A stretch of DNA of 64,000 nt, from positions 22,156,210-22,220,209 of the forward strand of contig NC_134030.1 of assembly GCF_964204645.1 (NCBI RefSeq), given 5' to 3'. Position numbers and translations under genes: made by a program. The DNA is from Tubulanus polymorphus. Lineage: Eukaryota > Animalia > Nemertea. Positions within the stretch are counted from its first letter, which is position 1. Every line of letters begins with the position of its first letter. The notes beneath the pieces were generated by a model, which worked only from the letters and a program-made list of their open reading frames with translations, was not told the DNA's origin and did no database searches. Positions 1-10,355 of the stretch are shown here, piece by piece.

Positions 1-212
1 AGTAGACTCCGCTCAAGTCTGATCTTTTGACTTGAGAGTGATATCTGAGTTGGATGATACAGTAGACTCCGCTAAAGTCTGATCTTTTGACTTGAGAGTG
101 ATATCTGAGTTGGATGGTACAGTAGACTCCGCTCAAGTCGGATCTTTTGACTTGAGAGCGATATCTGAATTGGATGATACAGTAGACTCCACTCAAGTGG
201 GATCTTTTGACT
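1..212. repeat. 60-bp tandem repeat, about 3.5 copies, in an NPAT intron
   Basis: Unit agtagactccgctcaagtctgatcttttgacttgagagtgatatctgagttggatgatac repeats at 1, 61, 121 and 181. Confidence 0.95.
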
Positions 213-217
213 CATAC

Positions 218-3200
218 CTGTATTTTGAGAAGCACTCTTCGATATATCTGCAGGTTGATCTGTGATATCAGAAAAAAAAACAAAGTTTATTTTCATGTCT
301 CGGTTCGGAGCCAGTTCAGTGGAATTTCAATTTCTGTCTGCTTAAATTCAAAGTAACTCTATTTTCTCACCTGAACAAACGGCGTTAAAAACCTCTTCGA
401 ATCCAAGGATTTCCATCGCAGGCGTCTTTTGTTTCCGTTTCCTTTTCCGTTTTTTAGGAACCGAGCTGCTAGTATCTGTATGGCTAGATACGGCACTGCT
501 AGGAACAGCACTGCTAGATACGGCACTGCTAGGAACTGCAGCGATAGGAACTGCACTGCTAGGAACAGCACTGTTAGGAACTGCACTGCTAGGAACCACA
601 CAGCTAGGAACTGTACTGCTAGGAACCACACAGCTAGGAACTGTACTGCTAGGAACCACAGCAGAAAAACCTGTTTGAAAAAATAATAATCAATATTTGG
701 TTTTAATTCTATGGATGGTATTATCATTAGCCAATCAGAATGCATGTTTCATTTAGAGTCCTTTTTAGAGTCATTCTTTTTCATGGCAGAGTCTCACGAT
801 GTCATCAGGTTCAAATCCCTGAGGGAGGAACATGGCAGAGTCTCACGATGTCATCAGGTTCAAATCCCTGCGAGGGAGGAACGTGGCAGAGTCACACGAT
901 GTCATCAGGTTCGAATCCCTGCGAGGGAGGGACGTGGCAGAGTCTCACGATGTCATCAGGAACGAATCCCTGCGAGGGAGGAACGTGGCAGAGTCTCGCG
1001 ATGTCATCAGGTTCGAATCCCTGCGAGGGTGGGATGTGCCAGAGTCTCACGATGTCATCAGGTTCGAATCCCTGCGATGGTGGAATGTGGCAGAGTCTCA
1101 CGATGTCATCAGGAACGAATCCCTGCGAGGGAGGAACGTGGCAGAGTCACACGATGTCATCAGGTTCAAATCCCTGCGAGGGAGGAACGTGGCAGAGTCT
1201 CACGATGTCATCAGGAACGAATCCCTGCGAGGGAGGAACGTGGCAGAGTCACACGATGTCATCAGGTTCAAATCCCTGCGAGGGAGGAACGTGGCAGTCT
1301 CACGATGTCATCAGGAACGAATCCCTGCGAGGGAGGAACGTGGCAGAGTCACACGATGTCATCAGGTTCAAATCCCTGCGAGGGAGGAACGTGGCAGAGT
1401 CTCACGATGTCATCAGGTTCAAATCCCTGTGAGGGAGGAACGTGGCAGAGTCACACGATGTCATCAGGTTCAAATCCCTGCGAGGGAGGGACGTGGCAGA
1501 GTCTCACGATGTCATCAGGTTCAAATCCCTGCGAGGGAGGAACGTGGCAGAGTCTCGCGATGTCATCAGGTTCAAATCCCTGTGAGGGAGGAACGTGGCA
1601 GAGTCACACGATGTCATCAGGTTCAAATCCCTGCGAGGGAGGGACGTGGCAGAGTCTCACGATGTCATCAGGTTCAAATCCCTGCGAGGGAGGAACATGG
1701 CAGAGTCTCACGATGTCATCAGGTTCAAATCCCTGCGAGGGAGGAACTTGGCAGAGTCAGGTTCAGTAATCCCTGCGAGGTTCATAAAGAACCCTGTTTT
1801 TTGCTTACCTCCATTTTTAAGCGCGACAAACTGATCAATAATATTGATCAATGATAAGCCGTATACGTTAGTTGGATATTCTCGGCCCTTGCGCAACAAC
1901 GTGACGTATTCCTTCAGATATAAACACTCATCCAGAAACACATTGTACGTATTGAAACAAGACTCTTCTTTTAGGTAACCTAAAAATAGACACACATTCT
2001 TTTTATACAGGGTCCCCCTATGGACTCAGTGACGCAGGTTCCCTACAGATCGGTCATTCCTGGAGATATAAAGAATTTACAAGGAGAATATTTCAAATTT
2101 GAGGAAGCATCTGCATCACTTTCATAACCCAATTACTGCAGACTACTCCGAAATCAGTACTGTTTGTATCTCAGCAATCCAGTTTTTCAGTGTTTTTGTA
2201 AGCAAACTTTTATCATATAGGCCTTAAATAGCATTTTCTGTAAGTAAGTTTTGAGGAAGCGTCTGCATCACTTTCATAACCCAATTACAGTAGACTACTC
2301 CTTAATCAGTACTGTTTGTATCTCAGCAATCCAGTTATTCAGTGTTTTTATAAGCAAACTTTTATCATATAGGCCTTAAATAGCATTTTCTGTAAGTAAG
2401 TTTTGAGGAAGCGTCTTTCATAACCCAATTACAGTAGACTACTCCTTAATCAGTACTGTTTGTATCTCAGCAATCCAGTTATTCAGTGTTTTTATAAGCA
2501 AACTTTTATCATATAGGCCTTAAATAGCATTTTCTGTAAGTAAGTTTTGAGGAAGCGTCTGCATCACTTTCATAACCCAATTACAGTAGACTACTCCTTA
2601 ATCAGTACTGTTTATCTCGGTAAACCATTAATTCTAGGGTTTTGTAAGCAAATCATCTACACAACCTAAACTTGATTTATAATTTGGTAATGGCCGAATT
2701 GGGTTAACACAAATCCAACTGTACAACTACAAACTAGACAAACATTTCTAATGGCATTTTGTTCAAATAGAAAGAATCTCAAGCAGCTTTAAAATCATTT
2801 TCAGTTTAGACAGAGTTTGTAAGGAATCGACCACCGGTTGTAGGGAACACTGCTGTTGATCCTGTCATCTTACTTTTTCAAACTTCAAAAATAGAGGCAT
2901 ATTACACGAAAAAGCAACACTCAAATCTCTGGTTTGGTTCATGTGTCGTGTTGCAATTGGTAAATTCTTCTATTTTGCTTACTAGTTACTGTAGTTACTT
3001 TTTCACAAAATGACAAATCAAATTTATATGAAATTTCAAACTTAATTTTGCCATGGGTTGCTTTTCTAAGTTAAACTGATTGTTGAAACCGGATTCTCAG
3101 GTTAAATGCGACGATTGAAGTTACAGGGTTGAGGTTTAAGTTGGGCATTAAGTCGTTAACCATTAACTTTCGATCCCAGGGTCTCCAAATGGTTAACACG

Positions 3201-3344
3201 TACTTTTGCGGGATATTCGGATATTTTTAAGCCGAACCCGGAAGTGAAAAAAAAAGTTAAACATTTCGCGTTTGAAGCGGAATTTTCAAGTTTAAACTCA
3301 CCTAAAATCAAACGCGCCACTTCTGACGGCAACAACTCGTTCAT
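218..3344 (-). CDS. NPAT: NPAT (histone transcription coactivator), 5' part. Exons 3344-3302, 1979-1809, 670-371, 259-218; continues beyond the window start
   Basis: Spliced MNELLPSEVARLILG|YLKEESCFNTYNVFLDECLYLKEY...GLSLINIIDQF matches the LisH-like NPAT N-terminus (human MLLPSDVARLVLGYLQQE...LKEY). All junctions are GT-AG and phase 1. Exons 3 and 4 are supported only by splice sites and phase. Confidence 0.85.
783..1778 (+). repeat. 51-bp tandem array (about 19-20 copies) carrying tRNA-type A-box and B-box motifs, in NPAT intron 2
   Basis: Unit GTGGCAGAGTctcacgatgtcatcaGGTTCRAATCCctgcgagggaggaac. A 2-nt deletion near 1296 shifts all frames, consistent with non-coding DNA. Confidence 0.9.
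2035..2852 (+). mobile_element. CAGG-ended MITE with an internally amplified tandem unit (about 4 copies, 2099-2615)
   Basis: Begins caggttccctacagatcggtcattcctgga and ends gtagggaacactg. It is an inverted homolog of the element at 45062-45445; other partial copies lie near 20190-20560, 24620-24953 and 35918-36200. Confidence 0.7.
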
Positions 3345-4147
3345 TTTACATCATAATTCATAGAAACCGCGCTTAGAAAATAACTTAACGGCGCCGTAAA
3401 CATCGATAAACATCGAATTTTAATGTGGAAAATCCAGCGACGGTTGCGACTTAAACGGAGTAACGCGCGCCGGCACTGGCATTCTGCGAGCGGGTTCGAA
3501 TCCCATAAATATCGACAGAATAAACATCGCTGATGTTATGATTTACGTTACTTTTTATTCGTTTTTTAAATAATCCCGGCATTGATTCATTTGATTTTTG
3601 TCTTGTTCAAAATTTGAATTCAGATTTTTTTTTAGCTTAAGAGAATTGTTTTATATTTTGAGAATAAAGTTATTAGAATATAAATAATTGAATTGTTTCG
3701 CGAATGAGTGAAAGTTATTTTTTCTAACTAAAACAAGAAACTTACATTTTTTCTTTTTTTCGGCTCTTTTTCTCTCTGCGTTAAATTAAATTTATAATTT
3801 CTTTGAAAAACGAATAAAAGAGGGCGTCTCGAAAGAGGAGTTTCGATTTTAATTGAATTGCTCCGATATTAGTTTCGCAAATGCTGACAAAGTCATTTTT
3901 CCTCGCAAAATCTAAGAACAAATAAATCAATCAAAATACCTAAAATCTGATACCATATTTATTAGTTTAAAGGGGAAATTAATTGCAACATTTTAAAAGA
4001 AAATTCTCAATGGCGTAAAAATAGTGCGGAGCTTGATTCCGATAACGAATGCGAAACGGTGTCATCTCATTCTTGAATAAAGGCGCATCGAAGTGAAAGC
4101 CACGATCCATCCATAATTCAACCCGATAAACCCCGAATAATATCGAT
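3345..4147. promoter_or_regulatory. Probable bidirectional promoter between NPAT and the KH/CCHC gene
   Basis: Divergent ATGs about 800 bp apart with CpG-rich flanks. An isolated B-box GGTTCGAATCC lies at about 3492-3502. Confidence 0.6.
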
Positions 4148-7100
4148 ATGTCTTATAGCGAGAGCAGGGTAAGTAATCTAGATCGCTTTGAGTAGAGTTT
4201 GAAGTGTTATACGATAGGTTTGAACCGGTTTTAGGTGTTGAATTGAGGGTTTTAAGCGACGGATATTTTCCCCTGCTGTCCTCGCTCGACTAATATTAAT
4301 ACAAAATGGCCGGTGTTCGCAGAAAAGCCAGGGACGCCATTTAAATAATGGACGTAATTTCTAAAAATCCCTGAAAATCGGTTTGTTTTCTTTAGTGAAT
4401 TATTATAGCGTTTTGAGAATATATGCTTTTTAGTTTAGATAAAATAGAACTTGATATTTTGAACTTCATCGTGTCATCTTTGCTTCTTCAAAAAAAGGAA
4501 CGAACGATATGAATTAGAAATTTTTTCACGTGTTGGTGTTGTTAGCTCATTACATTTCAAAAAGCAATTATCACAGAGTGGCCCTTACCTGGATATCCGG
4601 GACCGGTCCAGAGAATTTCTTGTCTTCAAAAAGTAAAGTTAGGCAATTTTGTAAAACGGAACGGTTTCCGTCCATGTCTTTGTGTTAATTCATAAGATTC
4701 TGATCAAGTCTTTGTGTTAATTCATAAGATTCTGATCAAGTCTTTGTGTTAATTCATAAGATTCTGATCATGTCAGGGGAAACAACATGTCAGGGATTAA
4801 ATAATAGTGTAAAAGCAAGTCGAATAAAAGTGGTATCACCCTGTACCAGCATTTGGTAGAATATATCGATATCCACTTCGGTGATGGGGCGGCAGACAGG
4901 CGCGGATCTAGGGGGTCTTAAACGGGTCTTCTGGAAGACCCTCAAAATTTCTAAGTGCCCTCAAAAGATTTTGCTCGCAATACAATTTCATGACTCAAAA
5001 TGCAGGAAATCAGTGCTGGAATCTCAAAATTTTCTGTCAGGGCCTTAGACAAAGGGCTTCAATGTGTTATCAGTGCCCTTTTCGGTGTGTCCCTTGAATT
5101 TCGAGAAGACCCTTAGATTAACGCCTAGATCCGCCCCTGGCAGATTATATTTATAAAGAAGGTTGGCTTGAAAAATGAAAGGGTGGCCTCCACCCTCTCT
5201 AAAATCTGTTGTGGAGAAAACTGGGTTTTGAAAGACGAGCGGTAAGGACTCGGGGGGGGGGGGGTTCGTTAAGATATGAGAATGAGGTGTAACATGTTTT
5301 TTTTTTTTTTGTAGAGCGCTGATGGTGAAATCAAAGTTAAAAGCGAGGATTTAGGACGAATCATCGGCCGCGGAGGAAGCAACGTGAAATCAATGGAATC
5401 AAGATCCGACTGTAAAATAACCGTAAGTCATCGTCCTCCCGCCAGGTGTCGTTAGTAGTAATAGTGCGAGTAAATTGAAAACCGACTAATTTTGTCGGAC
5501 TAACTGGGCTGACTAAAAAAAAAAAGTTGAATAGGAAAGTTGTAAATATTTTCGAAATCACGTCAGCGACTGTTTAATTTGTGCTGTGCGATCAGTTAAA
5601 TTTTGAGAATAACTTTTAGTTTGACTAGTAGGGGTCTGGATAAAGGAAATTAAAATGATATTGGGTCATATGAAAAAGTATGCGTATGCGTGCAGTTCAG
5701 AATATGCATGGCATGGGTTGGATCGAAAATGGCGGCCCCGAGACAAGTGGTCCGACTTATGCGTACATTACTGGATCCAGTTCTACAGTTAGTTCATTTT
5801 CGATCAGTTAACTCGAAATCTAAATCATAACACAGTCACTGTGGAACTGGGTCGCCAGGAGGTCGATTTTCAAAGTGGTCCGACTTATGAGTTAAGATTT
5901 AACTAATTGGAAATGAACTAACTTTAACTCAGAGTTAACTCTTAACTCACGACTGTGGAACCGGGTCCAGTTCTACAGTTGTGAGTTTAGAGTTGTAACT
6001 CTCGAGTTAAAATTAGTTCATTTTCGATCAGTTAACTCGAAATCTAAATCATAACGCAGTCACTGTGGAACTGGGTCGCCAGGAGGTCGATTTTCGAAGC
6101 TTCAAAAAATAAGTTATCGTTTTTCGTTGTTCGCATGGTAGGATCGAAAATGACGGTCCCAAGTGGTCCGACTGATGAGTTAAGATTTAACTAATTGGAA
6201 ATGACTTAACTTTAGGCTTAACAAAAATGATACCTTGTTTCTCCGCAGCGGCCGGGTCATTTTTGTAAAATATGATAAAATTTGCAAACAGTTCATTTCT
6301 ATAGCGGCCGGGTCTGTTATGGTGAAATTGATCACGATTTTAAGAAAAGTAATGTATAGGGTAGATAGGCGGCCGGCCGGGTCAACATTTAAGCTCAGCA
6401 GAGCGGAGAAACAAGGTATCAATTTTTTTGGCCTTAACTCAGAGTTAACTCTAACTCACGACTGTGGAACCGGGTCCAGTTCTACAGTTGTGAGTTTAGA
6501 GTTGTAACTCTCGAGTTAAAATTAGTTCATTTTCGATCAGTTAACTCGAAATCTAAATCATAACACAGTCACTGTGGAACTGGGTCGCCAGGAGGTCGAT
6601 TTTCAAAGCTTCAAAAAAAAAAGTTAAAATCAGTTCATTTTCAATGGGTTAACTAAGTATCAAATCATAACACAGTTACTGTGGAACTGGGTCGCCAGGA
6701 GGTCGATTTTCAAAGCTTCAAAAAAAAAAGTTAAAATCAGTTCATTTTCAATGGGTTAACTAAGTATCAAATCATAACACAGTTACTGTGGAACTGGGTC
6801 GCGGGGAGGTCGATTTTCAAAACTTCAAAAAAACAAAGTTAAAATCAGTTCATTTTCAATGGGTTAACTAAGTATCTAATCATAACACAGTTACCGTGGA
6901 ACTGGGTCGCCAGGAGGTCGATTTTCGAAGCATCAAAAAAAATAAGTTATTGTTTATTTGTTTGTTTGTTTTTTAAAGATTCCGCGAGACCGTAAAGATG
7001 AAAACGGCGAGGAACCGTATTACACGGTGATACAACTGAGCGGATCGGACTCGGCGTGCGAACACGCTAAAGAACTCATCGAAGACGTCTGCGCTGAAGC

Positions 7101-10100
7101 TGCCAAATACAGCAACGGCGGAGGAGGTTCGTTTACTTTATTTTGCAATAATGGGTTTAAGCGAAATGAAAGATCTGGAAATATAGATCTGGTAATTCAG
7201 GCTAGAAATTAGATTTTTTTGCAATAGAAAAGAAATCACTTCGATAGACCCAATGATTTAATCGTAATGATGATGCGGCTATAAGAAATGATTCCTAGAT
7301 TTTCATTTCTGCTGTAGGGTCATTCATTTATTACGTACGCATTAGGGGAGGTGGAAATATTGGTTATAATTCTAATGAATGGTGGAAGTTCTCAGTAACT
7401 AATTATAATTTAATGAATTGTTGAAACTATCAGTAACTAATTATAATTTAATGAATTGTTGAAACTATCAGTAACTAATTATAATTTTAATGAATTGTTG
7501 AAGCTATCGGTAACTGATTATTATTTTAATGAATCGTTGAAGTTCTCAGTAACTAATTATTATTTTAATGAATCGTTGAAGTTCTCAGTAACTAATTATA
7601 ATTTTAATGAATTGTTGAAGCTCATCAGCTGCAACTAATTATAATTGTAATGAATTGTCGAAGCTATTAGCAACTAATAATAATTTTAATGAATCGTTGA
7701 AGAAGTCCTTGAGTGTTGTGTTTTAATTCGCAGGCGGCGGTCGAAGACGCGAGGGAGGTGGTCGCGATCGACGAGACAGCGGAGACCGTTACCGTGGCGG
7801 CAGTGACCGGTACAGCGACCGAGGAGGTGACCGATACGGTAGCAGTAGTAGATACGGTAGCAGCGGCGGTGACCGATACGGTAGCAGTGACCGGTACGGA
7901 GACCGTCGAGGAGGCGGTGGAGGTGGAGGCGGTGGAAGAGGTAATGTCGTTGATCGTTTTTTGATGGAAATTTTGCATTTTGAAATTTGTGAAATTTTTA
8001 CGAAATGAGTTTTGTATATCATAATGTTGTATGATTCTGGTTGGGGAGAAGGTGTTTCCAGTTCTATGGGGGGGGGGGGGGGTTGGAACTTGTAGAGTTT
8101 CACCTTTACGATGAGGTGTAGTGCCTTTAAATGCAGGTAGTCTCTCATTCTGGACCTTTGCCAATTTTCTCTGTAGTTCAAGTCAGGGTTCTTACAGATC
8201 TGTGGATTCTGGATTTAGTTTTTTTCTGCAGGGAAAAATCAGGGAATCGAATTTGAATTTTATTTGTGTCTTGTTGTTCCTGCTGATGACGAGTGACACG
8301 AGGAACCTCTTGATAAGAAACAACCCTCACTGAGGATATCTTATAATTCAATCAGGGATTTTTTGGTGTCTTGTTGTTCTTGCTGGTGACGAGTGACACA
8401 AGGAACCTCTTGATTAGAAACAGACCTCACTGAGGATATCTTATGATTCGATAAGGGATTTTGAATATTTTGGTGTCTTGTTGTTCTTGCTGATGACGAG
8501 TGGCACGAGGAACCTCTTGATTCTTATCAGCCCTCCCTGAGAATAACTAGGCATTTTTACTCGAGGGTCTTATGGGATTTTGGATTCCTTGGTCTGTAAG
8601 AACCCTGTCGTCTGAGCTGTCAGACAGTGGGGGGAGTGGGGAGTAAAAGGGGGGTGCAGGGGGTTGAAACCTCAAACCGGCTGGCGTTGTTTACATCGTT
8701 ATCATATTTCATACAACAGGTGCAACATATTTTTGATTTCAGGCCCCGCCCAACGACAGACGGCTCCTACTACCGGGGAGATGGCGGCGAGGATAGCTGT
8801 TACTGTAGTAGCGTTGACCGGTTGACTGATTCGACCAGTTTGTTGTTGAAGCGCCGTCAGTCAAACATCCAACGTCCTAGTTCTGTTTAATATATCTCTA
8901 GTGTCTCTAGCTCGTTCTCTGGGTCCGATGAGTCGATCAGTCGTCAAAAGCTTGCAAAGTTCGTTCGCTCACTCGCTCGTGTGATATTTATATCTGTCTG
9001 GTTAACTCCGCAGGTATTTTAGATAAACCACCGGCTCTACGCTCATTTATATTTATATATAATTATTATGATAATTATTATTAACTTATATACAAATTAA
9101 TTCATATTGTGATATCGTTTTAAACTAAAAAACGAATAACGGTTTTTCGATTTGATTTGTGATAATTTTCGTAAGTTTGAAATATTTCGGCAGCGACTGA
9201 GGTTATACCGGTCTGTACTCGGGGGGGGGGGGGAGGGGGAAGGTGTGTGTCTCGTACTCAGGGAGGGACTGTCCCAACTTGTCTCACTTAAGTCAACTGA
9301 AGTCGTCTTTATTTTTTAGTCCCAATTTGTATTTCCAATTCTATTTCCTATGGGTAAGTCGTCAGTTGGATAAGTCATTAGTGAAGTCATCTCTGTCATT
9401 TGGATGTGAGTCGTCATCAATGGCTGACTTTAAAATTTTATCTACATTCGTTAAAAAGTAACTTCCATGACTCCTGAGTTTTGATGGATGACTACAATTG
9501 TAGGAGTCTAATTCTTTTTCCTAGTGTCAGTTGGATAAGTCATTAGTGAAGTCACCTCTGTTAATTGGAGTCCTCAATGACTGCGCGGATAACTGACTTT
9601 AAAAAGTTTATCTACATTTCGTAAAAGTAACTTCCATGTTTCCTGAGTTTTGATGGATGACTACAACTGTAGGAGTCTAATTCTATTTCCTAAGTGTCAG
9701 TTGGATAAGTCATTAGTGAAAAGTTGTCTCTGTCATTTGGATGTGAGTCATCATCAACGACTGCGTCGATGACCGACTTTAAAAAGTTTATCTACATTCG
9801 TAAAAAAAAAGTAAAAGTCCATGACTCCTGGGTTTTGATGGATGACTATAATCGTAGGAGTCTATATCAAGTTGCCCAGTTTTCAAATAAATTCATCCTA
9901 GAGTTTAATTTTTTATTTGAATCAGATTCTTTCCTCCTACCCCTGATACAGGTCCGTAATAACCACAGTCGAAGTCGCCATTTGAAATTAACCGTTTTTG
10001 GCCGCCAAAAAATTTCCTTTACGATAGGGAGGAAATCCTTTAAAAAAAAACAGGTCGGAAGAGATAAATTTCGACCGGAAATTTTAACCCCCCATAAAAA

Positions 10101-10355
10101 AAGAAATTGAATTTTTGAAAATTTTTTTCAATTCCTAACAAATTATGATAAAACGCTGGCTCAGATTGCCGATGGTACCCGCCCCGGGTGATACCCGCTC
10201 CCCGGGCGGACGGGCGGTCGATCGATCATCTGTTTTCGGTAAAACTCTGTCATCTCTAATTTCTCCGACTCGTTTCAGATCGTGAATGTTTCAACTGTAA
10301 GGGCGTCGGCCATATTGCGAAATTCTGCCCGGAGGAACGTCGCGAGAGGTACTAG
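4148..10355 (+). CDS. 186-aa RNA-binding protein: one KH domain, Gly/Arg/Asp/Tyr (RGG, GDRYG) tract, C-terminal CCHC zinc knuckle. Exons 4148-4168, 5315-5422, 6979-7126, 7734-7940, 10279-10355
   Basis: Exon 2 encodes LGRIIGRGGSNVKSMESRSDCKIT (KH GxxG loop). Exon 3 encodes VIQLSGSDSACEHAKELIEDV (end of KH). Exon 4 has GDRYG repeats. Exon 5 encodes DRECFNCKGVGHIAKFCPEERRERY* (CX2CX4HX4C). All introns are GT-AG and phase-consistent (561 nt in total). A 3'UTR intron at 10385-10616 is followed by AATAAA at about 10663. Confidence 0.85.
4897..5139. mobile_element. hAT5-like MITE with 5-bp TSD GCAGA
   Basis: TIRs CAGGCGCGGATCTAGG / CCTAGATCCGCCCCTG; GCAGA at 4892-4896 and 5140-5144. An empty-site homolog of the flanks lies at about 27281-27345. 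Confidence 0.8.
5772..6935. repeat. Cluster of tandem and inverted copies of a ~110-bp GGTCCAGTTCCACAGTT-TIR MITE
   Basis: Repeated actgtggaactgggtcgccaggaggtcgattttc and agagttaactc blocks. Single copies lie at 47794-47903 and about 36397-36507. Confidence 0.75.
6215..6433. mobile_element. PIF/Harbinger-like (Tourist-type) MITE, copy 1, nested in another MITE
   Basis: Imperfect ~30-bp TIRs GGCTTAACAAAAATGATACCTTGTTTCTCCGC / GCGGAGAAACAAGGTATCAATTTTTTTTGGCC, TSD TTA. The empty site is visible near 5911-5940. A near-identical copy lies at 62741-62960. Confidence 0.85.
7372..7700. repeat. 39-bp AT-rich minisatellite
   Basis: Unit aatgaattgttgaaactatcagtaactaattataatttt, about 8 copies. Confidence 0.9.
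8266..8545. repeat. ~115-bp repeat x3, with a single copy at about 17251-17330
   Basis: Recurring gtgtcttgttgttcttgctgatgacgagtgacacgaggaacctcttgat. Confidence 0.85.
9361..9865. repeat. ~170-bp tandem repeat x3
   Basis: gtcagttggataagtcattagtgaag...ttttgatggatgactacaa starts at 9361, 9526 and 9696. Confidence 0.85.

Noticed and set aside
783-1778. CRISPR array, tRNA gene cluster or hammerhead array
   Set aside because: There are no unique spacers and no cloverleaf or anticodon arm. The minus strand has CTGATGA but no GAAA core.
711-1854. Long ORFs (230-352 aa) in all three plus frames
   Set aside because: They result from a stop-free 51-bp unit, are frameshifted near 1296, and lie antisense in an NPAT intron.
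6180-6507. Duplicated 80-90 aa ORFs, also at 62700-63006
   Set aside because: They are chance ORFs inside a 220-bp MITE.
7667-8181. Ala/Val/Thr- or Pro-rich ORFs
   Set aside because: They are alternative frames or the antisense of the GDRY-rich exon 4.
8281-8325. CTGATGA...GAAAC as a hammerhead ribozyme
   Set aside because: Stem II cannot close, and sister copies lack CTGATGA.
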